A stretch of DNA of 17,930 bases from an uncultured archaeon. Its GTDB lineage: Archaea > Asgardarchaeota > Thorarchaeia > Thorarchaeales > Thorarchaeaceae. Positions 8,314 through 16,294 of this stretch are shown here, in pieces. Position 1 is the stretch's first letter; every line of letters begins with the position of its first letter. The position numbers and the translations under genes are program-made. Location: the NCBI GenBank assembly GCA_964631415.1, contig CAZVZC010000021.1:17225-35154 (forward strand). The letters are read 5' to 3'. The notes under the pieces were generated by a model, which saw only the letters and a list, made by a program, of their open reading frames with translations, was not told the origin of the DNA and did not search any database.

Positions 8314-9141
8314 ATGGGCGACTTTAGTGCTGAAGTGATAAGCCACATAGATCGCAACTATGTGATGGATCTTCTAAAGAAGGGAGAGCGAATCGATGGC
8401 AGAGCACTGGACCAGTACCGGCCCATCGAGGTTCAAGTGGATGTGGTCCCAGCGAAGGCCGATGGTTCATGCATTGTCAAACTCGGCAATACGAGCGTGA
8501 TTGCAGGTATCAAAGTCCTTGTCGGTGAACCCTACCCCGACACACCTGATGAAGGCGTCACAATGATATCGGCTGAGATGGCACCAATCGCATCACCAAT
8601 GTTCGAGGCGGGACCTCCGAAGGAGGACGCAATTGAGCTGGCGAGGGTCGTGGACCGTGGTGTTCGCGAATCTGAAACCGTCGATGCAAAGGCATTGTGC
8701 ATCGAGCCGGGAAAGAAGGTGTACATGGTCTTCGTAGACATCTATCCTCTGGAGCATGATGGAAACCTGATTGACGCATCGTCCATCGCATCGAACGTGG
8801 CAATGATGACTACAACATTTCCCGAGATGAAATTCGAAAACAAGGAAGTCGTGCCAACGGGTCGGCTCATAAAGATCCCAATCAAGAATCTCGCCGTGGA
8901 ATGTACCATTGCCAAGATCGGGACCAGTCTCGTCATCGACCCCATCCTCAAGGAGGAGTTCGTGCAAGACTGCAGACTGACAATGGCCATTGATCAGAAC
9001 GACAACCTGACTGCGATGCAGAAGGGTGGTGGAATCGGTCCGATATCCATGAAGCAGATTGAGAGTGCAATCGACATGGCCATTGAGCGGTCCAAGGACA
9101 TCCGAAAGATCACAGAGGACGCTGTGAAGTCGGTGAAGTGA
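8314..9141 (+). CDS. rrp42: Exosome subunit Rrp42
   Basis: Motifs 'RIDGRALDQYR', 'GEPYPDTPDEG', 'FEAGPP..AIELARVVDRGVRES', 'DGNLIDA' and 'AMQKGG'. Confidence 0.97.
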   Translation: MGDFSAEVISHIDRNYVMDLLKKGERIDGRALDQYRPIEVQVDVVPAKADGSCIVKLGNTSVIAGIKVLVGEPYPDTPDEGVTMISAEMAPIASPMFEAGPPKEDAIELARVVDRGVRESETVDAKALCIEPGKKVYMVFVDIYPLEHDGNLIDASSIASNVAMMTTTFPEMKFENKEVVPTGRLIKIPIKNLAVECTIAKIGTSLVIDPILKEEFVQDCRLTMAIDQNDNLTAMQKGGGIGPISMKQIESAIDMAIERSKDIRKITEDAVKSVK

Positions 9142-9143
9142 AC

Positions 9144-9187
9144 CGTGACATTGGAGTTGTCGCTCTGGCGGCACCTCCTCTGTCACG
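9144..9187 (+). terminator. Long hairpin immediately after the rrp42 stop (terminator, processing or stability element)
   Basis: CGTGACA/TGTCACG, GGAG/CTCC and TGTCGC/GCGGCA stack into 17 pairs (one G-U) with a TCTG loop. Confidence 0.5.
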
Positions 9188-9210
9188 TTGATTCATAGAT
9201 ATGCTAATAA

Positions 9211-9291
9211 GTGAAGCCAACGGGCGAGGTTCAAGCCCGGTCAGCTCCCATCATGGGGCACGACTGGCTTCACAGGCTGACGAATCAGGAG
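9211..9291 (+). ncRNA. Candidate structured cis-regulatory leader upstream of rpl37ae (three-way junction)
   Basis: P1 GTGAAGCCA/TGGCTTCAC (9211-9219/9265-9273). P2 CGGGC/GCCCG (9221-9225/9235-9239). P3 GTC..GCTCCCA/TGGGGC..GAC (9240-9264). A small hairpin CTGA-CGAA-TCAG overlaps AGGAG. Confidence 0.45.
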
Positions 9292-9300
9292 ACCAGTAGT

Positions 9301-9615
9301 TTGCCACATACCAAGAAGGTGAATAGCACAGGCAGATTCGGCGCAAGGTATGGCTCGAAGCTGCGCCGGCGAGTTCTAGACATAGAGCTCAGACGTAGGG
9401 AGCCTCATCGCTGTCCATCCTGTGCGACAAAGGCAATAAGGCGACAGGCTGCGGGTCTCTGGATGTGCCACAAGTGCGGTATGGTCTTCGCCGGCGGAGC
9501 TTGGGTGCCTTACACCGAGCCCGGCAAGGCTGCTCGACGCGTAATCGCTCAGAGAGTGTCAGGTGACTTTCTTGCTCTTCATACTGAAGAGGAACCCGAG
9601 AAGCCCACTGAGTGA
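9301..9615 (+). CDS. rpl37ae: 50S ribosomal protein L37Ae (eL43)
   Basis: 'TKKVNSTGRFGARYG', zinc ribbon CPSC...CHKC and 'FAGGAWVP'. TTG start at 9301 after AGGAG. The track's 9211 start runs through the structured leader. Confidence 0.95.
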   Translation: MPHTKKVNSTGRFGARYGSKLRRRVLDIELRRREPHRCPSCATKAIRRQAAGLWMCHKCGMVFAGGAWVPYTEPGKAARRVIAQRVSGDFLALHTEEEPEKPTE

Positions 9616-9640
9616 GTGCTTCTAGCGCGAGGGACTCCAG

Positions 9641-10213
9641 GTGCCCTCACTTCTTATCACGACCTCCCGGAGGACGTCTAATCGGGTTAGGTCGTTTGTT
9701 CGTGACCTGATGACCGTCCTGCCAGACAGTGAGAGGTTCAACCGTGGAGGTATGAGCCTCGACGAACTCACGGCCAGAATCAGGCAGTCGAGTGCGAGAG
9801 CGGCACTGATTGTAGGCACATCTAGGGGCAATCCCCAACAGATTCAGTTCGTGGTCCCTGCGGGTCATCCAGTTCTGTCCATTCTTATTGAGAGTGCGGT
9901 CCTGCGAAGGGAAGTCTTACCATCGGGAGGTCCTCGGATCAACGGAATCTACGGGATTACAGTGAACTCTTCGCCGACTGACAAGGCAAGGGACGTTGCT
10001 GGAATGGTCGCGGAGGTGTTGGAGATGCCGCTACATGAGTCTCAGAAGGTGGACTTGGCGGGAGAGGCCGGCCTTAATCGTGTAATAATCAGGTTTCAAG
10101 ATGTGGCCGGGGACAAGCTCATCTGGACGCATTATCACGCATATGATGGAACAGAGATAGGTCCACGAATGCGGATCTTCTCAGTCAGGAGGAGCCCCAA
10201 CGATGAGTCTTAG
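9641..10213 (+). CDS. Brix/Imp4-like ribosome biogenesis protein
   Basis: 'LITTSRRTSNRVRSFVRDL', 'NRGGMSL', 'GNP' and C-terminal 'IGPRMRI'. Canonical superoperon position. Confidence 0.88.
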   Translation: MPSLLITTSRRTSNRVRSFVRDLMTVLPDSERFNRGGMSLDELTARIRQSSARAALIVGTSRGNPQQIQFVVPAGHPVLSILIESAVLRREVLPSGGPRINGIYGITVNSSPTDKARDVAGMVAEVLEMPLHESQKVDLAGEAGLNRVIIRFQDVAGDKLIWTHYHAYDGTEIGPRMRIFSVRRSPNDES

Positions 10214-10469
10214 GGTTGTCAGTGGTCGCACCATCGTTGAGATGGACATGGGCTCGTCCGAGATGGCTCAGACCATTCACTCTGCATTGGAGCCTGAGAC
10301 AGAGTCTGTCCCTTCAGAGCGTGCAACAACAACCATCCGTGTAGACGGGCCCAAGCTCATCATTGAGATTCTTGCTGAGGATTTGACAGCACTCAGAGCT
10401 GCGATGAACTCGTTCTTGGCTTGGATTTCAGGTGCCAAGCGGGCGCTTGAGTATGTCAACAGTCACTAG
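10203..10469 (+). CDS. pcc1: KEOPS complex subunit Pcc1
   Basis: 'IHSALEPE' and 'AEDLTALRAAMNSFLAWI'. Lies between Brix and prefoldin beta. Confidence 0.9.
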   Translation: MSLRVVSGRTIVEMDMGSSEMAQTIHSALEPETESVPSERATTTIRVDGPKLIIEILAEDLTALRAAMNSFLAWISGAKRALEYVNSH

Positions 10470-10500
10470 CCCTGACTGATGCAGCTGTGGGAAGCTCACA

Positions 10501-10518
10501 GGGGAAAACGCTTAAGTT
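10501..10518 (+). promoter_or_regulatory. BRE-TATA-like internal promoter for pfdB
   Basis: GGGGAAAACGCTTAAG: a purine-rich BRE-like run followed by CTTAAG, about 60 nt upstream of ATG 10578. Confidence 0.5.
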
Positions 10519-10577
10519 CCGACCCCTGTGCCGCATCAGAGATAGACCGTTATCACACCGAGAGGAGCAGCAAGAGA

Positions 10578-10940
10578 ATGACTCAAGAGATACCTCCGGC
10601 CCTTCAGCAGCAGTTCATGCGGTTCGACAAGATGCAGCATGAGCACGAAACCATGCAAGTAATGGTTCAGAGCATGCAGTCAGAGCTCAGTGAAGTGAGA
10701 ATGACTCTGGAGGAGCTGGGCAAGCAAGCAGACGACGTCGAAACCTACAAGGTTGTGGGACAGGTGATGTTCCGGGTAGACAAGCCCAAGATGACCGAGG
10801 AGCTGGAAAACCGGAGGCAGACCCTTGACATGCGACTCGCTGCAATGAGCAAGAAACTGGAAACGCAAGCGGAGAAACTCAAGGAGCTTGCGACAAAGAT
10901 ACAGGAAGAGGCGGGCAGACTTAACATCAGGCTTCAGTGA
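10578..10940 (+). CDS. pfdB: Prefoldin beta subunit
   Basis: 'MTQEIPPALQQQ', two coiled coils joined by the beta hairpin 'ETYKVVGQVMF'. ATG at 10578 after GAGGAG. Confidence 0.93.
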   Translation: MTQEIPPALQQQFMRFDKMQHEHETMQVMVQSMQSELSEVRMTLEELGKQADDVETYKVVGQVMFRVDKPKMTEELENRRQTLDMRLAAMSKKLETQAEKLKELATKIQEEAGRLNIRLQ

Positions 10941-10945
10941 GAAAG

Positions 10946-11254
10946 ATGAGTCCTGTCCTTACTATCGGCCTGCCAGAACTGACAGAATCTGACATGGAAC
11001 ACTTGGCAGAGGAATGTGAGGAGGAGGTCAGCAGATTCGTCCTCAAGTCCGTGCCAAGGAAGAGCATCTCCGAGCTGTCAGTCATCTGTGTACTGGACGT
11101 TTCCAGCGATGGGTCACAGCTCGATATAGACGTCCAGTTGAACCTCGTACAGGAGTACGAAACAGGCCACTCGCTTGAAACTCTCACTGAGGAAGCGACT
11201 AGGCACGCGGCAAGCTGGCTTGAAAAGAAGCTAATGGAGATGAAGGGCAGTTGA
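10946..11254 (+). CDS. DUF3194-like conserved archaeal protein
   Basis: Small acidic protein 'LPELTESDMEHLAEECEEEVSRFVLKSVPRKSISELSV', directly after pfdB. DUF3194 genes commonly sit at this position (from recall, not a search). Confidence 0.65.
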   Translation: MSPVLTIGLPELTESDMEHLAEECEEEVSRFVLKSVPRKSISELSVICVLDVSSDGSQLDIDVQLNLVQEYETGHSLETLTEEATRHAASWLEKKLMEMKGS

Positions 11255-12258
11255 CCATAAGGTCTCTTCTTGAGTCAGCGTCGCGTGTTCTGTTTCTAGG
11301 CCATCAAAACGCTGATCCAGACGCAATCTGTTCGATGGCTGCACTTGCTGAGCTGTATGGACAGCTGAACCACCAGGGACATGCTGATCTCGCGTGTGAC
11401 GATGTCAGTCGACTTGCTGTTCAGGTGCTTGAGAAGTTCTCACCTATGACGAAGGTTTCGGCATCTATTGAGGGCGATCATGACCTGGTCGTTGTTGTGG
11501 ATGCGAACAACAGGTTCCAGTTCGGGGAGCGACTACAGTCATTTCAGAACATCCCGTCTAAGACGGTGGTCATTGACCATCACGAACCCAACCCTGACAT
11601 TGCTCAGCTGGCCGAACACTCCATTGTCAAGAGTGACGCTTCTTCGACCTGTGAAATCGTGATTGAGCTGTACGATGAATTCGGTATTCCCGTCAGCCCG
11701 ACTGCAGCCAGCCTACTGCTCGCAGGGATTGTGTTTGACACCCGGCGATTCTTCTATGCCACCAGTGGAACACTGGACTGTGCTGTACGGCTGTTGAGGG
11801 CAGGGGCGGACTACCAAGCTGTGATAAACTCCCTTGTCAGCAAGCCTGACAGGTCAGAGAGAATCGCCCGACTGAAGGCGGCCGCAAGATTGCGTATTCA
11901 GGTCATTGATGACTGGATCATAGTAACAACCAGTGTTGGGGCCTTTGAGGCAAGCGCATGTCGATCACTCATTGAGCTGGGTGCAGATGTGGCCATAGTT
12001 GGAGGATCGCCTTCAAAGGGTGTTGTCAGGCTCAGTTCCAGAAGCACGAACGAGTTCTATGCACAGACGGGGATTAATCTTGGGAGGGATGTGATGGAAC
12101 CTCTGGGTGCGGTGATTGAGGGTATCGGCGGCGGTCATCCTAATGCTGCTGGTGCGAACGGCAAGCGAAACCGCGATAAGGCACTGACAGTGTCCGTCGA
12201 GCTAATCCGGGAGGCCTTGGCAAAGAAACTCCCACATGCGGATGAAGTGACATCATGA
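11251..12258 (+). CDS. DHH/DHHA1 family phosphoesterase (NrnA-like nanoRNase/pAp phosphatase)
   Basis: 'HQNADPDA', 'VVVVD', 'IDHH', 'GIVFDT' and 'GGGHPNAAG' are all intact. Confidence 0.92.
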   Translation: MTIRSLLESASRVLFLGHQNADPDAICSMAALAELYGQLNHQGHADLACDDVSRLAVQVLEKFSPMTKVSASIEGDHDLVVVVDANNRFQFGERLQSFQNIPSKTVVIDHHEPNPDIAQLAEHSIVKSDASSTCEIVIELYDEFGIPVSPTAASLLLAGIVFDTRRFFYATSGTLDCAVRLLRAGADYQAVINSLVSKPDRSERIARLKAAARLRIQVIDDWIIVTTSVGAFEASACRSLIELGADVAIVGGSPSKGVVRLSSRSTNEFYAQTGINLGRDVMEPLGAVIEGIGGGHPNAAGANGKRNRDKALTVSVELIREALAKKLPHADEVTS

Positions 12259-12273
12259 GGAGTCTGCGGACTA

Positions 12274-13116
12274 ATGACGCTCGTGGAGTTCGTCGACTTC
12301 AGTTTCAAGTACCTAGAAGCAGACTCCCTAGCTCTGAAGCATATTAATCTGAAGATTGACTCGGGCGAGTACATTGTTGTCACAGGTCCCTCGGGTTGTG
12401 GCAAGACCACACTCTGCCGCGCAATCAACGGGCTTGTTCCGCACTTCCATCGCGGCTATGTCGGCGGTCACGTGTATGTGGACTCAAAGGACACCAGAAA
12501 CAGCGAGGTCGCCGAGCTGGCCACGATTGTTGGGCTGGTGTTCCAGGACCCAAGCAACCAGCTTGTGACTCTGAATGTGGAGAAGGAGATTGCTTTCGGA
12601 CCTGAGAACCTAGCCGTAGAGCCGAAGGAGATCCGGCTCCGAGTCGAGGAGCTAATAAGTCGTCTGAACTTGGAGCATCTACGCGACAAACATCCTCACG
12701 AGATGTCGGGTGGGGAGCAGCAGCGCGTTGCAATGGCGGCGACTCTTGCACTCAGACCCAAGATTCTCGTTGCCGACGAACCAACATCGAATCTCGATCC
12801 ACAGAGTGCACAGCTCATTCTTGACCTGATTGCAGATCTGAACAGACAGGGAATGACTGTCTTACTCGTGGAACACCGGCTGGACTTGGTGTCGAACGAG
12901 GCTTCTAGGCTCATTCTGATGGACAATGGCTGCATAGTAGCTGATGGTCCTCCTCGTGATGTGCTTGTGCAGGACCTTTGCCAGGAGATTGGCGTGGGAA
13001 TACCAAAGGCTACTCAGGTATACAAACAACTGAAACGGCGGGGTGTGACGCTGGGACGCGTGCCATTGACGGGCAAAGAGCTGGCTGCTCTCGTGATGGA
13101 GGCCCGACAGGCATGA
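12274..13116 (+). CDS. ecfA1: ECF transporter ATPase A
   Basis: GPSGCGKTT, 'GLVFQDP', 'EIAFGPENL', MSGGEQQR, 'ADEPTSNLD' and 'VEH'. Confidence 0.93.
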   Translation: MTLVEFVDFSFKYLEADSLALKHINLKIDSGEYIVVTGPSGCGKTTLCRAINGLVPHFHRGYVGGHVYVDSKDTRNSEVAELATIVGLVFQDPSNQLVTLNVEKEIAFGPENLAVEPKEIRLRVEELISRLNLEHLRDKHPHEMSGGEQQRVAMAATLALRPKILVADEPTSNLDPQSAQLILDLIADLNRQGMTVLLVEHRLDLVSNEASRLILMDNGCIVADGPPRDVLVQDLCQEIGVGIPKATQVYKQLKRRGVTLGRVPLTGKELAALVMEARQA

Positions 13117-13946
13117 TTCAGCTTGATGATGTTCACTACAGCTACGAAGGCCTCTATGCGGCCCTCAGGGGGGTTTCCCTGGAGATTGAAGACGGAGAGA
13201 GGGTCGCAATCATGGGGTCTAACGGTGCTGGCAAGACGACTCTCATAAAGCACATGAACGGCCTCCTACGGCCGCAGAGAGGGCGAGTGTTCCTTGACGG
13301 CAGGGACACAAGGAATCTCTCAGTAGCTGAGATGGCTCGCATTGTCGGACTGGTCTTTCAATCGCCTGATCATCAGCTCTTCTTGGACAGCGTTCACAAG
13401 GAAGTAGTGTTCGGTCTCAAGAACTTGGGATTCACCAGCGAAGAAATAGAGGATAGATGTGCCAGTACACTGGAGCGTCTTGGGCTAACAGGCTTTGCTG
13501 AGAGGTCACCTTTCATGCTCTCCGGAGGCGAGAGAAAGCGTGTCGCACTCGCTTGCGTTCTGGCTACAGAGCCCCGAGTTCTCGCTCTTGATGAGCCAAC
13601 CATAGGCCAAGACGCTCAACAGAAGGACAGACTGGCACAGCTCTTGCTCGACCTGAACCAGAAGGGCCGCACAGTGATAGTCGTCACTCACGATATCGAG
13701 TTCGTCATCGAGCATTTTCCGCGGACTGTGGCAATGGCTGGCGGGAGAATAGTCGCTGACGGCTCCACCAGTTCCGTGCTGAGCAATGACAGGGTGATTG
13801 AGTTGTGCTCGCTTGCGCACCCACAAGTCACACTTGCCGCAAAGGCCCTAAGCCAATCCTTCCCTGAAGTGCCAGAACGTATTACTTCCATGTCACAGAT
13901 AGAAGAAGTGATCATGAGTCTGCTGGAAGGAGGGACACACTCGTGA
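13113..13946 (+). CDS. ecfA2: ECF transporter ATPase A'
   Basis: GSNGAGKTT, 'GLVFQSPDHQLF', 'SPFMLSGGERKR' and 'LDEPTIGQD'. ATG at 13113 overlaps the previous stop (ATGA). Confidence 0.93.
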   Translation: MIQLDDVHYSYEGLYAALRGVSLEIEDGERVAIMGSNGAGKTTLIKHMNGLLRPQRGRVFLDGRDTRNLSVAEMARIVGLVFQSPDHQLFLDSVHKEVVFGLKNLGFTSEEIEDRCASTLERLGLTGFAERSPFMLSGGERKRVALACVLATEPRVLALDEPTIGQDAQQKDRLAQLLLDLNQKGRTVIVVTHDIEFVIEHFPRTVAMAGGRIVADGSTSSVLSNDRVIELCSLAHPQVTLAAKALSQSFPEVPERITSMSQIEEVIMSLLEGGTHS

Positions 13947-14713
13947 GTTTCTTGGAGATCTTCCAATACACTCGCAAGGACTCAATAATCCACCATTTGG
14001 ACCCGAGGTCAAAGATGCTCTTCTCGGTGGCCGCCGCCGCTGCTTCTCTCATGTTCCTGAACATCATCCCCCTACTGATAGTGTTTCTTTGCCTCATACC
14101 CATCATAGCAGCAGCGAAGTCATTGAAGCGGTGGTTGCGGAGCATGAAGGGGCTGTCAGTCCTGTTGGTCTTCATAATGGTCTTCAACACTCTTCTTTCG
14201 CCAGTTCCGAACCCCTTCTCACACTCAATCGCATTGACAATCCGTCTTGTTGCCCTCATGACATCGTTCTCCATCTTCTTCCTGACTGTACACCCGGATC
14301 AGTTGTCACAGGCGCTCATCCAGATGCGTGTCAGATTCGAGTTCGCCTTCGCGATGAGCATGGCGATGAGGTATGTCCCGACGCTCGCGCAAGAAGCATA
14401 TTCCATTATGGACGCTCAGAAAGCGCGAGGTGTCGAGCTTGACAAGGGCAATCCCATCCGACGGATCAGGAACATCGTGCCAATCATAGTCCCACTGATC
14501 ATTGTGTCCATCCGTAGGGCTCTTTCGATTGCCGAGAGCATGGAGTCGAGAGGTTTCGGTGCATGTGAGAAGCGCACCTACATGGACCGACTGAGCTTTC
14601 GCAAGGGCGACTGGGTGGTCGTGTTGGTGTCCGTGCTTGTCCTAGCATTTGTACTCTACATCCGGCTCTTTGTTGCGCTGCCGGAATGGATGCTCTGGAG
14701 TCTTCCTCTCTGA
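13943..14713 (+). CDS. ecfT: ECF transporter transmembrane T component
   Basis: 'IHHLDPRSK', 'RYVPTL' and both XRX coupling motifs, 'AQKARG' and 'MESRGF'. Confidence 0.93.
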   Translation: MSFLEIFQYTRKDSIIHHLDPRSKMLFSVAAAAASLMFLNIIPLLIVFLCLIPIIAAAKSLKRWLRSMKGLSVLLVFIMVFNTLLSPVPNPFSHSIALTIRLVALMTSFSIFFLTVHPDQLSQALIQMRVRFEFAFAMSMAMRYVPTLAQEAYSIMDAQKARGVELDKGNPIRRIRNIVPIIVPLIIVSIRRALSIAESMESRGFGACEKRTYMDRLSFRKGDWVVVLVSVLVLAFVLYIRLFVALPEWMLWSLPL

Positions 14714-14818
14714 AACCATTCCGGCGCACGAACTCGTGGAAGGTGTTGGTCCTGTGCAAATCGAGTAGATGTTCACCCTGACATACTTTATTTGAAGGAC
14801 CCAACGTAGTATGACGGG

Positions 14819-15403
14819 ATGACAGTCGAGAAGAAGGTCCAGCTACCGTCCCGAGAGCAGTACACAGTCAGAGATCTGTTGACCGACCTGAGGTCAATTG
14901 ACCCTACTCCAAGCGTGCTCGACAGGGTCGCTTCGGAAGTCATCTACTTCCAATGGAGCTGCTGCAAGACAGACTTCGGTGACCAGAACCCTGTTACCGA
15001 CGGTCTCTCACGCCTTCTTGCGTTCATGCAGGGGGGCTATGAGCAGCTGCTCGTCAACGGCGAGCTATGGCGCGCCAATGACACACCAAGAGCTGCGCTC
15101 AACCAGATTGAGAAGGCGCTACCCCCTGAGATGATGGACTATGTCCTCGGTCGTCCTGGGGCGTACATCCACAGTGTTCTCGACTCAGCCTATGCGGAGA
15201 GGCAGCAAGAAGTGATGAACTACGAGCGCCTTGAGAAAGGGATCCGTTCTGAGATAGAGAAGTCGCCTGAGGATCCTGACCTCTACAACAAGCTGCGTCT
15301 GCTCCTCTGGATACTGGGACGTCACAGGGAGTCCAGCGAGGCATTCAAGACGGCGAAGAAACTTGGGTGGAAGCCAGAGGCCAGTAGACTGGTAACGATA
15401 TGA
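14819..15403 (+). CDS. Hypothetical protein with a C-terminal TPR-like repeat
   Basis: 'KSPEDPDLYNKLRLLLWILGRHRESSEAFKTAKKL' is TPR-like. TTTATTT at 14787-14793 lies about 25 nt upstream of the ATG, suggesting a leaderless mRNA. Confidence 0.75.
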   Translation: MTVEKKVQLPSREQYTVRDLLTDLRSIDPTPSVLDRVASEVIYFQWSCCKTDFGDQNPVTDGLSRLLAFMQGGYEQLLVNGELWRANDTPRAALNQIEKALPPEMMDYVLGRPGAYIHSVLDSAYAERQQEVMNYERLEKGIRSEIEKSPEDPDLYNKLRLLLWILGRHRESSEAFKTAKKLGWKPEASRLVTI

Positions 15404-15412
15404 CTTGTCACA

Positions 15413-15533
15413 GTCGACCTACAAAGAACGTGGGCATCGCTTCACTCGGCTGAAGGGCTGGTTTGAAGCGGAAAACGTAGGACAACCTGCCCTACGATCA
15501 TCCGAATGAGATGATGAAACCACTGACCTCGAC
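15413..15533 (+). ncRNA. Candidate multi-hairpin structured RNA or 3' UTR element between convergent genes
   Basis: Closing stem GTCGA/TCGAC encloses four hairpins: CCTAC/GTGGG, CGCTTCA/TGAAGCG, CGTAGG/CCTACG and ATCATC/GATGAT. Confidence 0.3.
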
Positions 15534-15606
15534 GTCGTTGTTGGCTGTTCGAAGTGATTTCCAGCATTCTAGGTACCACGAATCCCAATCCAAGAGAAAC
15601 GCTATA

Positions 15607-16185
15607 TCATGACGAGGTGCCCGGAGGTATCTTCAGCTTGACTGTTCTTGCGGTTGACTTGGATTCAGGCGACTCATCCTGGAATCGTCCACTTGCCTCT
15701 CGGATGGTCACGGTTCCGTCCTCGTTTAGGCTTTCTACCCAACTCCCCTCATGCACTCCCCAAGCACCCACATCGGTATACTCGCGGACATAGAATGTGC
15801 TGAGGACGGCCCATGCATCCAGTTCTTCTGGGTCGGCGACTTTGTGGAGGGCGGAAGCAGCAGGACCAATCCAGTCATATCGCACTTGTGCAATGTAGGG
15901 GTCCCCACCAGCACGATCCGTGCTGGGATCCATCGTCGTTCCTTCGTAGTTGATGCTAACGGTTACGGAGAGCCAAGGTCCAATCTGTTTTGCGTCGACG
16001 TCGCTTTCTGGGGGACTCGACTCCCTGAAAATGCCGCAACTGGTATACTGAGATAGCCAAGGAAGGCAGTCGCGACTCTGTACCTTCTGGCACAGAGCAG
16101 AGAGCAGTCTGTCTGTCTGCATCGTTGTAGCACCTCTTCTTTCTTCCAGCAAAGCATACAAGACACCTGATAGGGTTTGCTTCAA
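15607..16185 (-). CDS. Hypothetical protein (start uncertain, possibly ATG at 15933)
   Basis: Longest ORF in the interval. The C-terminal ~108 aa (MDPSTDRAGG...) looks protein-like. No recognisable motif. Confidence 0.45.
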   Translation of the reverse strand: MKQTLSGVLYALLEERRGATTMQTDRLLSALCQKVQSRDCLPWLSQYTSCGIFRESSPPESDVDAKQIGPWLSVTVSINYEGTTMDPSTDRAGGDPYIAQVRYDWIGPAASALHKVADPEELDAWAVLSTFYVREYTDVGAWGVHEGSWVESLNEDGTVTIREASGRFQDESPESKSTARTVKLKIPPGTSS

Positions 16186-16294
16186 TCTCGATTTCCGCTA
16201 CTAGTCTGCGCGGGAGCTCTCTGTACACACATACAAGACAGGTGTCATGGAGCTGGCCCGCTTTCTCACATTTGAGCTTTCACAGGATGTGATA

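Noticed and set aside
8593-9186. Long antisense and alternative-frame ORFs (for example 8593-9186, 2387-2890, 2838-3317, 4962-5375)
   Set aside because: They overlap well-conserved genes, have no recognisable motifs, and are expected as shadow ORFs in GC-rich coding DNA.
9139-9198. Selenocysteine read-through of the rrp42 UGA directed by the downstream hairpin
   Set aside because: Rrp42 is already full length, read-through adds only a short peptide before TAG, and the hairpin lacks the tandem GA core and apical A motifs of archaeal and eukaryotic SECIS elements.
9221-9240. tRNA gene (GGTTCAA T-loop-like motif)
   Set aside because: No cloverleaf forms: there is no D arm, anticodon arm or acceptor stem with tRNA geometry.
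9211-9290. Hammerhead ribozyme (contains GTC and CTGACGA)
   Set aside because: There is no GAAA core strand in the required position, and stem I cannot form between the bases after GUC and those before CUGACGA.
9211-9300. 30-aa N-terminal extension of eL43 shown in the ORF track
   Set aside because: Homology begins at TTG 9301, which has its own SD-like AGGAG. The upstream stretch is better explained as a structured leader.
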